A program made the position numbers and the translations under genes. Shown piece after piece: positions 9,196 to 17,400 of a stretch of DNA of 64,000 bases. Source of the stretch: a virus; the IMG/VR virus record IMGVR_UViG_3300042560_001826, positions 1-64,000 of that record; one strand, written 5' to 3'. Every line of letters starts with the position of its first letter. Position 1 is the first letter of the stretch. A model generated the notes under the pieces. The model searched no databases and had not been told where the DNA came from. It was given only the letters and a program-made list of their open reading frames with translations.

Positions 9196-10928
9196 GTATT
9201 TCTGGAGCAAGACAACCAAGATTGGCAACCGAATACGGTATTGCAGCCGGTGGCACAGATGTTACTGTTAATGGCATTGGATATAAGCTACATACATTCA
9301 CTGCAACAGGTACACTAACTGTCACTACTGGTGGTCTTTTTGATATCTTAGCTGTTGGCGGTGGCGGTGCTGGTGGAGGTAACTGGGATGGAACATTTCA
9401 GTCTGGTATGGGCGGTGGTGGTGCCGGAGGATATATTGAAAAAACTATCTACATTGCTAGCGGTACTCATTCAGTTGTAATAGGCGCAGGTGGTGCTGGT
9501 GATTATGCAGCTCCAAGAAATGGAACAAGTAGCGGTGTCTATGCCACATTTACTGGTGGTGGTGGAAGTGCTCCTTCATATGCAATCAATTTTAATAATA
9601 CTTGGTACGGTGCTAAAACTGGTTCTGATGGTGCTTCTGGTGGTGGTGGAACTGGTAGAGCTTCTCAAACTGCAACAAATGCTGGCGGTGCAGGTCAATC
9701 ACCATTAGGAAATAGTGGTGGTTCATCATTTAGTGAAAGCGGAAGCGGAACTTCCGCAGCAGGCGGAGGTGGTGGCGGTGCCGGTGCTGTTGGATCAAAT
9801 GCATCAGCAAATACTGGAGGCGCTGGTGGAGCAGGTGTTACATCAACATTTACCGGATCATCCACAACTCTTGGCGGCGGTGGAGGAGGCGGTGGTGTAA
9901 CCACTGGAGGCGCAGGTGGTGCTGGTGGAGGTGCTGCTGGTAGAACTGGTACTGGCAATGGAAACAATGCAACAGCAAACACCGGTGGCGGTGGTGGTGG
10001 TGCAAGAAGCAATGGAGAAAATCAATATATTGGCGGCAATGGTGGCTCAGGAATCGTCTATATCCGTAGAAGAGTAACAGGATCCATTGCAGCAACTGTT
10101 GCTGGTTATGGTACAGCAACTGGTGGAACAGACTTAGGAACACGGACTGTTAGTGGCATTGATTACAAGATTCTTCAATTCACATCAACGGGAACTTTGA
10201 CAGTGACGAAGGGTGGACTTTTTGACATTATAGCCATATCTGGTGGTGGAGGCGGAAATCAGGGATATACCAACTTCCCATCGCTTGCAAATGGTGGAGC
10301 TGGTGGCGGTGGCATTACCACTGAAACAATTTCCCTCACTACAAATGTGACTATCACGGTTGGTGCTGGTGGCGCTGGTGGTGCAACTGGCACTAATGGC
10401 ACAAGTGGAGCAACTGGATCTCCATCAGGTGTTAGCACGAGACTATTTGCCTTTGGTGGCGGAGGTGCTCAAGATAATATTCCGTCAAATGGTATTTGTG
10501 GCGCTGGTAGCACTCGCCAAACAGCTACAGGCGGATTAGCGATTTTAAATCAAGGAACCGGAGTGGTTCGTGGTTATGATGGCGGCTCAGGTCCAACTGG
10601 AAATACTAATGGCTCTGCTGGCGGTGGCGGTGGAGCTGGCGGTGTTGGTGGTAATGGTGTAGGCACTACTGGCGGTGCTGGCGGTGCTGGTTTTGATGTC
10701 TCAACAATTATTGGTGGCTCAACTTTGCTACTTGGTGGCGGTGGCGGTGGTCCTGGTTCAGTTACAGGTGGAACTGGTAATGGTGGCGGTGGCAATGGTG
10801 GTTCAAATGGTGCAGGAACATCTGGTTCAACAAACACAGGCGGAGGTAGTGGTTCAAGTATCAACAATAATTCTAATACTCTCAATGGTGGATCTGGCAT
10901 TGTTTATGTCAGATTTAGAGTATTGTAA
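9192..10928 (+). CDS. Glycine-rich adhesin-like protein with two tandem Gly-rich domains
   Basis: Same architecture and identical length (578 aa) as 7459..9195; ATGA overlap. Confidence 0.85.
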   Translation: MSISGARQPRLATEYGIAAGGTDVTVNGIGYKLHTFTATGTLTVTTGGLFDILAVGGGGAGGGNWDGTFQSGMGGGGAGGYIEKTIYIASGTHSVVIGAGGAGDYAAPRNGTSSGVYATFTGGGGSAPSYAINFNNTWYGAKTGSDGASGGGGTGRASQTATNAGGAGQSPLGNSGGSSFSESGSGTSAAGGGGGGAGAVGSNASANTGGAGGAGVTSTFTGSSTTLGGGGGGGGVTTGGAGGAGGGAAGRTGTGNGNNATANTGGGGGGARSNGENQYIGGNGGSGIVYIRRRVTGSIAATVAGYGTATGGTDLGTRTVSGIDYKILQFTSTGTLTVTKGGLFDIIAISGGGGGNQGYTNFPSLANGGAGGGGITTETISLTTNVTITVGAGGAGGATGTNGTSGATGSPSGVSTRLFAFGGGGAQDNIPSNGICGAGSTRQTATGGLAILNQGTGVVRGYDGGSGPTGNTNGSAGGGGGAGGVGGNGVGTTGGAGGAGFDVSTIIGGSTLLLGGGGGGPGSVTGGTGNGGGGNGGSNGAGTSGSTNTGGGSGSSINNNSNTLNGGSGIVYVRFRVL

Positions 10929-10994
10929 AAAATGGTAAAAGCATGATCGGGCAAAAATATCATAAATATGTTATTATTTATATGGAGATAAATT

Positions 10995-11687
10995 ATGCCG
11001 TTTAGTTCTGTATTGGGTGCATCAACTGTTATAAGACCGGGTGTTTGTACTTCTACAACCCGCCCATCTGCTCCATATACAGGGCAGTTAATCTTTGAAA
11101 CCGATACCAGCCGATTGGCAGTATGGACAGGTTCTGCATGGCAGTACGAAACCGCTGCTGCTGGTCCTCCTGGGTTGGTATATATCACTGGGGCAACCTT
11201 TACAACTGCCACATCATTTAGCTTGCCTAATGATACCTTTAGTAATACTTATCTCAATTACAAAATTATAATCAATCTGACTGCGCTGACAGCCGACGCA
11301 GACTTTACTATGCGTTTTCGCACCGCTGGAACGGATAACAGCAATAACACATATGCATATACTTTTGCTGGAGTGGGGCTTGGCGGCACTGCTACCAACA
11401 GTGCAGCCAACGATGGAACAGCGTTCGTCGTAGGAGAACAAGAGGCTACATCTGGTTCAGAAATGCGTTATGGTCTTACATTTGATATCTTAAGCCCTAA
11501 AGCAACAACGACTACTAAAGTACAAGGTCATTACGTTTACGTCAATAAGGCGGCAACAGACCAAATTTCTCGTTTCGGTTCAGGCGTATTTAGGGCTACT
11601 ACTTCTTTTGACAGTTTAAGCTTCATAAGCTCTGTAGCGTCAAGCATGTCTGGAAACTACCGTGTATACGGATACACGGATAGTTAA
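10995..11687 (+). CDS. Fibre/receptor-binding-like protein
   Basis: N-terminal TSTTRPSAPYTGQLIFETDT...WTGSAW module and beta-rich C-terminal domain. Confidence 0.7.
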   Translation: MPFSSVLGASTVIRPGVCTSTTRPSAPYTGQLIFETDTSRLAVWTGSAWQYETAAAGPPGLVYITGATFTTATSFSLPNDTFSNTYLNYKIIINLTALTADADFTMRFRTAGTDNSNNTYAYTFAGVGLGGTATNSAANDGTAFVVGEQEATSGSEMRYGLTFDILSPKATTTTKVQGHYVYVNKAATDQISRFGSGVFRATTSFDSLSFISSVASSMSGNYRVYGYTDS

Positions 11688-11704
11688 TATCGGAGGTATA
11701 TAAA

Positions 11705-11956
11705 ATGCCAATTGATTTTCCAAATAGCCCCGCAACAAATGATCAGTTTGTAAGTGGCGGTCGTACATGGATTTGGGATGGTTCCGTATGGAAGGCATAT
11801 ACTCAAGCATTAAATAATTCAACAATTACTTCTAATATGATTGTAGATGGTACAATTGTTAATGCTGATATCTCAAATACAGCTGCAATTAATACAACTA
11901 AAATTACAAATTGGGAAGATGACCAAGTAGTTCTAGCTGTCCAAGCTTTTATTTAA
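11705..11956 (+). CDS. FPxxP branch adaptor 1 (MPIDFPNSP...WEDDQVVLAVQAFI)
   Basis: Paralog of 13505 and 15406; GGAGG SD. Confidence 0.8.
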   Translation: MPIDFPNSPATNDQFVSGGRTWIWDGSVWKAYTQALNNSTITSNMIVDGTIVNADISNTAAINTTKITNWEDDQVVLAVQAFI

Positions 11957-11965
11957 GGAGGAAAA

Positions 11966-12328
11966 ATGGCAACATTTTCAAAGACAATTTTAAGCGGATC
12001 TACAAATGGTAGACCAGTTCTTGTCAATACAACATCATCTAATACATGTGTTGTTCACACAGGTTCAACAAATACATCTGTCCAACACGAAGTCTGGATT
12101 TATGCAATGAATACAGATACGACAGATCGCAAGCTTACGCTTGAGTTTGGTGGTGTTACAAGCCCCAATGACTTGATCGAGCAAACAATTACCGCTGAAG
12201 GCGGGTTGTTATTGGTCATTCCAGGTTTAATTCTTAGCGGTAATGCTTCTACAGCTCCCAGAATCACAGCATTCGCAAACACAGCCAATGTTGTTACAGT
12301 TCTTGGTTTTGTCAACGTCATTGCATAA
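11966..12328 (+). CDS. Beta-sandwich 'hub' protein, paralog 3
   Basis: AAGGAGG SD; NTDTTDR motif shared with 7117. Confidence 0.78.
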   Translation: MATFSKTILSGSTNGRPVLVNTTSSNTCVVHTGSTNTSVQHEVWIYAMNTDTTDRKLTLEFGGVTSPNDLIEQTITAEGGLLLVIPGLILSGNASTAPRITAFANTANVVTVLGFVNVIA

Positions 12329-12338
12329 GGAGGCTTAA

Positions 12339-13187
12339 ATGCGTTTTGGTGAGCGTACACGCCCCGGCGTATCTATAAGCACATTTGGTAGACGACCTTC
12401 TGCTGGTATTTCCTATGGCGTGGCAACAGGTGGCACCTCTTCATCTATTACCGATAACAGTATTGCTTACACACTGTTGAGTTTTACTTCTGATGGAACT
12501 TTAACTGTAACCAAGGCTGGGCTATTTGATATTTTGTGTGTTGGAGGCGGTGGTGGAGGTGGCGCACAACTGTACGGAGGTGAACCAACTGGAGGCGGCG
12601 GTGGAGGAATGGCTTGCATTTCAACTTTGTTTCTTCCAGTCGCTTCTTATACTGTTGATGTTGGTGTTGGTGGTGCTGGCGGAGATTCCAATACACACGC
12701 TGGTTCTCTTGGGGAAACATCCGTAATTTTTAATGCAAAAGCAACAACTTCTGTCATGCATGCAATAGGTGGACAGGGTGGTGCTGGAGACTGGGGCGGC
12801 GTTAGTCGTTATCCCGGAAATCAAGGTGGTCAAAGTTACCGCAACGGATATAATCAAACTGTTGCAGGTGCAATATCTTTGCATCCACTTGGATACAACG
12901 GTGGAGGTTCGCAGAACTCAACAACTCGTGCTGGCGGTGGTGCTGGTGCAGGAGGAGATGCGAGCGATTCGCCAGCAGGAACTGCTGGTATTGGTCGCAC
13001 ATTGACATTTACTGGAAGCAGTGTAACTTTTGGTCAAGGTGGTGGCGGAGGAACCGCTACTGGTCTTGGCACAAACACACCGTCTACAGTGAACTCTGGG
13101 AATGGTGGCAATGGTCGCCAAAGCGGAGGCTCTGGTAACGGTGGGAATGGTCAAGCAGGTGCAATATATGTGAGGTTCCGCCCGTGA
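12339..13187 (+). CDS. Glycine-rich adhesin-like protein (single domain)
   Basis: Same Gly-rich domain; ends IYVRFRP. Confidence 0.85.
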   Translation: MRFGERTRPGVSISTFGRRPSAGISYGVATGGTSSSITDNSIAYTLLSFTSDGTLTVTKAGLFDILCVGGGGGGGAQLYGGEPTGGGGGGMACISTLFLPVASYTVDVGVGGAGGDSNTHAGSLGETSVIFNAKATTSVMHAIGGQGGAGDWGGVSRYPGNQGGQSYRNGYNQTVAGAISLHPLGYNGGGSQNSTTRAGGGAGAGGDASDSPAGTAGIGRTLTFTGSSVTFGQGGGGGTATGLGTNTPSTVNSGNGGNGRQSGGSGNGGNGQAGAIYVRFRP

Positions 13188-13411
13188 GTGAACAAACCTA
13201 TTTTGCCAAAGTTGAAGATGGTATTGTTACAGATGTTCGTATTGTAAAATGGGATTTCCTTGTAGCAAACCCAGACCGTTACGGTGATTCCTCTTTTTGG
13301 ATTGAAGTTTTTCCAGATAACTCTGGTCGTGGCTACTGCTCTAAGGGTTGGTCATATGACGCTGAACTTGATAAATTTATAGGTCCGTTTATTAGCAAGG
13401 TAGCAGAATAA
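13184..13411 (+). CDS. Small partner protein following Gly-rich gene, paralog 1
   Basis: YFAKV...VTDV...YDAELDKFIGP; paralog of 15026 and 16595. Confidence 0.75.
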   Translation: MSEQTYFAKVEDGIVTDVRIVKWDFLVANPDRYGDSSFWIEVFPDNSGRGYCSKGWSYDAELDKFIGPFISKVAE

Positions 13412-13504
13412 TGTGTTCGTATATTGGCTATGTATAGTTTAGGATTTAATTAAATATATTTTAATATAAAATAATATATGATATTCTTTATTGAGAGGTA
13501 AAAT

Positions 13505-13759
13505 ATGGCAATTGATTTTCCAAACTCCCCAACAACAAACCAGATTTTTACATCTGGCGGAAAGACATGGGTGTATGATGGAACAGTTTGGACATTAAGA
13601 TCCTCGTTGGCAGGTCCTGGTGGAATTACCTCAACAGAGCTTGCAAACTCATCTGTTACAACTGATAAAATTGCATCAGGTGCAATAGTTTCTAATTTAG
13701 GATTTACACCGGCATCAACCGGTAAAAGTATTGCTATGGCAATAGTATTCGGAGGATAA
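13505..13759 (+). CDS. FPxxP branch adaptor 2 (MAIDFPNSP...GKSIAMAIVFGG)
   Basis: N-terminal domain shared with 11705 and 15406; different C-terminal peptide. Confidence 0.8.
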   Translation: MAIDFPNSPTTNQIFTSGGKTWVYDGTVWTLRSSLAGPGGITSTELANSSVTTDKIASGAIVSNLGFTPASTGKSIAMAIVFGG

Positions 13760-13760
13760 A

Positions 13761-14114
13761 ATGGCAGCGCCAAATATAGTTAATGTAACAACAATTACGG
13801 GTAAAACAGCAGTTCAAGCGGTGACCACATCTGCTACAGCGATTGTCACAAATTCTGCTGCCAGTAATACAGTCGTTAAAATCAATGCATTATATGTTGC
13901 AAATATTGATGGTACAAACGCTTGCGATCTCACTGTTGATTTGTTTAGAAGTTCAACCGCATATAAAATTACTTCAACCGTATCGGTTCCGGCAGATGCG
14001 GTGCTAGATGTTATTAGTAAATCAATATATCTTGAAGAAGGTGACTCTCTCAGACTCACTGCTGGTGCTAATTCAGACCTTGAGGCGGTTTGTTCTTACG
14101 AAATTATTAGTTAA
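13761..14114 (+). CDS. Beta-sandwich 'hub' protein, paralog 4
   Basis: MAAPNIVNVTTITGKT...YLEEGDSL...SYEIIS. Confidence 0.78.
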   Translation: MAAPNIVNVTTITGKTAVQAVTTSATAIVTNSAASNTVVKINALYVANIDGTNACDLTVDLFRSSTAYKITSTVSVPADAVLDVISKSIYLEEGDSLRLTAGANSDLEAVCSYEIIS

Positions 14115-14116
14115 TT

Positions 14117-14962
14117 ATGCGTAGAAGAGGCGGCGTAATAGGACCAAAGCGAAATGCTAATGGTGGTGGTGGCATATGGTCATTAAATGATCAACAGCAA
14201 GAAAATGGCGCTGGAACTTGGGGTGTAATGTCAACATCCGTAGTTGAATATTTGATAATTGCTGGCGGTGGCGGTGGTGGTCCTAGTGGCGGTGGCGAAA
14301 GAGGCGGCGGTGGTGCTGGAGGTTATAAGACAAACCTATCTGGAGCAACCAATGGTGGCGGTCAAGCACTTGGTACTGTCATGAATGTTACTGGCGGGAG
14401 TCAGTATACGGTAACTGTTGGTGGAGGTGGAAATGGAAGTTCAACCCCAACAGCCGGCAGTAGCTCCGTATTTAATTCAATCACTTCTACTGGTGGCGCT
14501 GTCGGTGGTGGTGGTGGTACTGACCCTGGTGGTGCTGCTGGTTCGTTTGGCTATACTGGCGGTTCGTCAATAAATAACTCTGCTGCTGGCGGAGGTGGTG
14601 GCGCTGGGGCTGCTGGTGGTAATGCCAGCAGCGGCGTTGCAGGAAATGGTGGCGCAGGTTTGGCAAGCACAATTACTGGTTCATCGGTTACTCGTGGCGG
14701 TGGCGGTGGTGGGAGTGCTTCAGGTGGAACTAATGGAACTGGCGGTTCTGGTGGTGGAGGTAATGCAACCCTAGGTGGAACAGCAAATACTGGTGGCGGA
14801 GGTGGTGGCGCTGGTGGTGCTGGCGGTTCTGGCGTTGTTATTATTCGTTACCCATCAACATCATTAGCGGCAACAACGACTGGTGCATCTGTTGTTTATA
14901 ATAACGGTGCTGGCGGTTATCATGTTTACACATTTAATGCTTCTGGTACAATAACATTTTAA
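14117..14962 (+). CDS. Glycine-rich adhesin-like protein
   Basis: VEYLIIAGGGGGG...GGSGVVIIRYP...YTFNASGTITF. Confidence 0.85.
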   Translation: MRRRGGVIGPKRNANGGGGIWSLNDQQQENGAGTWGVMSTSVVEYLIIAGGGGGGPSGGGERGGGGAGGYKTNLSGATNGGGQALGTVMNVTGGSQYTVTVGGGGNGSSTPTAGSSSVFNSITSTGGAVGGGGGTDPGGAAGSFGYTGGSSINNSAAGGGGGAGAAGGNASSGVAGNGGAGLASTITGSSVTRGGGGGGSASGGTNGTGGSGGGGNATLGGTANTGGGGGGAGGAGGSGVVIIRYPSTSLAATTTGASVVYNNGAGGYHVYTFNASGTITF

Positions 14963-15025
14963 CTAATAGATTTTTATTTCTACCTGTGGTATTATATACA
15001 AGAAACCAAAAGGAGGTTTTCTAAA

Positions 15026-15391
15026 ATGGCTCATTTTGCCCAAATTAACGAAAGCAATATCGTGACACAGGTTATCGTTGTGTCCAATAACGATTGTGGT
15101 GGTGGAGAATACCCCGGATCGGATTCCATCGGAGCTGCCTTTTGCCATAATCTTTTAGGCGGAACATGGAAACAAACTTCTTATAATAATAATTTCCGTA
15201 AGCGCTACGCCGGAATTGGATATACATTCAATGCTGAGCTTGATGCATTCATTGCCCCTCAGCCGTATCCTTCTTGGACATTGAATACGGAAACAGCAGA
15301 TTGGGAAGCCCCAACACCACGCCCCACAGAAGGCGTATGGACATGGAATGAATCCACTCAGCAATGGGATGAGGTTACATTACCCGCTTAA
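15026..15391 (+). CDS. Small partner protein, paralog 2 (MAHFAQ...)
   Basis: QTSYN..FRKRYAGIGYTFNAELDAFIAP; AGGAGG SD; TGGTATTAT -10 at 14987-14995. Confidence 0.8.
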   Translation: MAHFAQINESNIVTQVIVVSNNDCGGGEYPGSDSIGAAFCHNLLGGTWKQTSYNNNFRKRYAGIGYTFNAELDAFIAPQPYPSWTLNTETADWEAPTPRPTEGVWTWNESTQQWDEVTLPA

Positions 15392-15405
15392 TTAAGAGGT
15401 AACTA

Positions 15406-15696
15406 ATGCCATTAGATTTCCCAAATACACCGGCAACAAATGATAAGTATTCTGCTGGTGGAAGAACATGGACATATAACGGAACATCTTGGGTATTAGA
15501 TGTTTATGTCGGAGTTGTACCAGTTGGTGCTGTTGATACAGCGCAGCTGGCAAATTCCGCTGTCACAAGTGCAAAGATTGCAGATGGTACGATTGTTAAT
15601 GCCGATATCTCTACATCAGCAGCAATAACAACAACAAAAATTACAAACTGGGAAGATGATCAAGTCGTTCTATCTTCCCAAATTTTTTCTGCATAG
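15406..15696 (+). CDS. FPxxP branch adaptor 3 (MPLDFPNTP...WEDDQVVLSSQIFSA)
   Basis: C-terminal ~35 aa nearly identical to 11705 protein. Confidence 0.8.
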   Translation: MPLDFPNTPATNDKYSAGGRTWTYNGTSWVLDVYVGVVPVGAVDTAQLANSAVTSAKIADGTIVNADISTSAAITTTKITNWEDDQVVLSSQIFSA

Positions 15697-15707
15697 ATGG
15701 TGATTTG

Positions 15708-16592
15708 ATGTCTTACGGAAGAAGATTAAGATCGGGCACTTCAGTAAGTAATTGGACTAAGCGTAGTGCCAGCGCTCCTCTAAATATTGCCACTGTTGAA
15801 TATCTTGTCATTGCTGGTGGTGGCGGTTCGCAAACATCGGGCGGCGCTGACCGTGGCGGTGGTGGCGCTGGTGGCTATCGCTGTTCAGTAGTCGGTGAAA
15901 CAACTGGTGGTGGTGGTTCAGCAGAAGTAAGACTGGCTTTCTTCAAGAACACGACCGTGACTGTCACCGTTGGTGCTGGTGGCGGTATCTCTACACAAGG
16001 TAGCAGTAGTTCGTTTGCCGGAATTACATCTACTGGTGGTGGCGGGGCTACTGACGGTACTGGCGGTTCTGGCGGTTCTGGTGCTGGTGGTTCGGGTGGT
16101 TCGGCTGGCGGCGCTCGCACTGCATCACCGGTACAAGGCAACAACGGCGGAAGTGCGGGAACGCAAGGTTCTGGTGGCGGTGGTGGTGCTGGCGGTGCTG
16201 GCACTAATGCCACCACGAATACTGGCGGCAATGGCGGTATCGGTTTGAGTTCGTCTATTGACGGAGCCGCAACTAGTCGTGGCGGCGGTGGTGGCGGTGG
16301 TGGTCTAAGTACTGGCGGTCCTGGCGTTGCTGGCGGTGGGAACGGCGATTCAAACTCTGTTCCTGGTAGTGCTGGCTCAGCAAATACTGGTGGTGGCGGT
16401 GGTGGAACTTACGCAAGTCGTTCAGGGCGTTCTGGCGGCTCGGGAATAGTCATCATGCGTTATCCATCAAGTTTTGGAACGTTGACATCTATCGGCGCAG
16501 GACTCACATCAACGACGGGAACCTACTCATCTGGTGGAGTAACTTATCGTTACTACTCATTCACTGCTGGCACGGACACGATTACTTTCTGA
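15708..16592 (+). CDS. Glycine-rich adhesin-like protein
   Basis: VEYLVIAGGGG...GGSGIVIMRYP...FTAGTDTITF. Confidence 0.85.
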   Translation: MSYGRRLRSGTSVSNWTKRSASAPLNIATVEYLVIAGGGGSQTSGGADRGGGGAGGYRCSVVGETTGGGGSAEVRLAFFKNTTVTVTVGAGGGISTQGSSSSFAGITSTGGGGATDGTGGSGGSGAGGSGGSAGGARTASPVQGNNGGSAGTQGSGGGGGAGGAGTNATTNTGGNGGIGLSSSIDGAATSRGGGGGGGGLSTGGPGVAGGGNGDSNSVPGSAGSANTGGGGGGTYASRSGRSGGSGIVIMRYPSSFGTLTSIGAGLTSTTGTYSSGGVTYRYYSFTAGTDTITF

Positions 16593-16594
16593 TT

Positions 16595-16879
16595 ATGGCA
16601 CACTACGCATTTATCAACTCAAACAATGTCGTGACGGAAGTGATTGTAGGTCGTGACGAAGATGATCTAGCAGATGGAGTTTCCTCGTGGGAAGAATATT
16701 ACGCAACAAAACGTGATGGTGTTATTTGCAAACGAACTTCATACAACACTTATCGTGATGAGAACGGCGTTCCGCAACATGCAAACGGTGGCGTACCATT
16801 CCGTGGTCAGTATGCTGGTATCGGTGACAGATACGACGCAGAACTAGATCAATTTATAACACCAAATAATCCTAAATAA
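16595..16879 (+). CDS. Small partner protein, paralog 3 (MAHYAF...)
   Basis: RTSYNT...FRGQYAGIGDRYDAELDQFITP. Confidence 0.8.
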   Translation: MAHYAFINSNNVVTEVIVGRDEDDLADGVSSWEEYYATKRDGVICKRTSYNTYRDENGVPQHANGGVPFRGQYAGIGDRYDAELDQFITPNNPK

Positions 16880-16919
16880 TATCTTTGCGATATAACTTAA
16901 AATAAAATATAATTATTGT

Positions 16920-17126
16920 ATGAAAACAATATTTGAGATACTATTTGTATCCTTAATTCTTTCCTCATGTGGTTATGAAGGTCGTTATCGTTATGAATGT
17001 CAAGACCCCACAAATTGGGAAAGTAGCGAATGCAACCCGCCCGAATGCAAGGTGACGGGTACATGCACAACGGACATTATCGGATTTGATCCAAATGAAC
17101 AATCCGAAGGAGAGACTAATGAATAA
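16920..17126 (+). CDS. Small Cys-rich lipoprotein
   Basis: Signal peptide with lipobox LSSC; four further Cys; TATAAT 6 nt upstream of ATG (leaderless). Confidence 0.7.
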   Translation: MKTIFEILFVSLILSSCGYEGRYRYECQDPTNWESSECNPPECKVTGTCTTDIIGFDPNEQSEGETNE

Positions 17127-17400
17127 TAAATATACCCCAGAAGACCTTGATGCAAGGTTAAGATTTGTTATTGGCTGTGTCTTGGGTGCAGTGCTCTTTA
17201 CAACGACATTAGCCATTCTATATGCTCTCGTTTTTGTTTCTCAACCAATTGGTGCACAAGCAGAAAATGACAAAATGTTCTTTAGCGTTCTTTCAAGCAT
17301 TGCCACATTTATTACCGGCACATTGGCTGGTTTGATGATTTCCAATGTGAAAGGAAAGCAGGCACAGGAAGAAGAGGCTGATATTCCAGTAGAGGAATAA
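17119..17400 (+). CDS. Two-TM membrane protein (holin-like)
   Basis: AAGGAG SD before ATG 17119; two hydrophobic segments. Confidence 0.7.
   Translation: MNNKYTPEDLDARLRFVIGCVLGAVLFTTTLAILYALVFVSQPIGAQAENDKMFFSVLSSIATFITGTLAGLMISNVKGKQAQEEEADIPVEE

Noticed and set aside
8001-16231. Pro-rich and His-rich minus-strand ORFs
   Set aside because: Antisense shadows of GGN-rich coding sequence; no independent expression signals.
7459-16592. Diversity-generating retroelement acting on the adhesins
   Set aside because: No reverse transcriptase in the window and no near-identical template/variable pair differing at adenines was seen.
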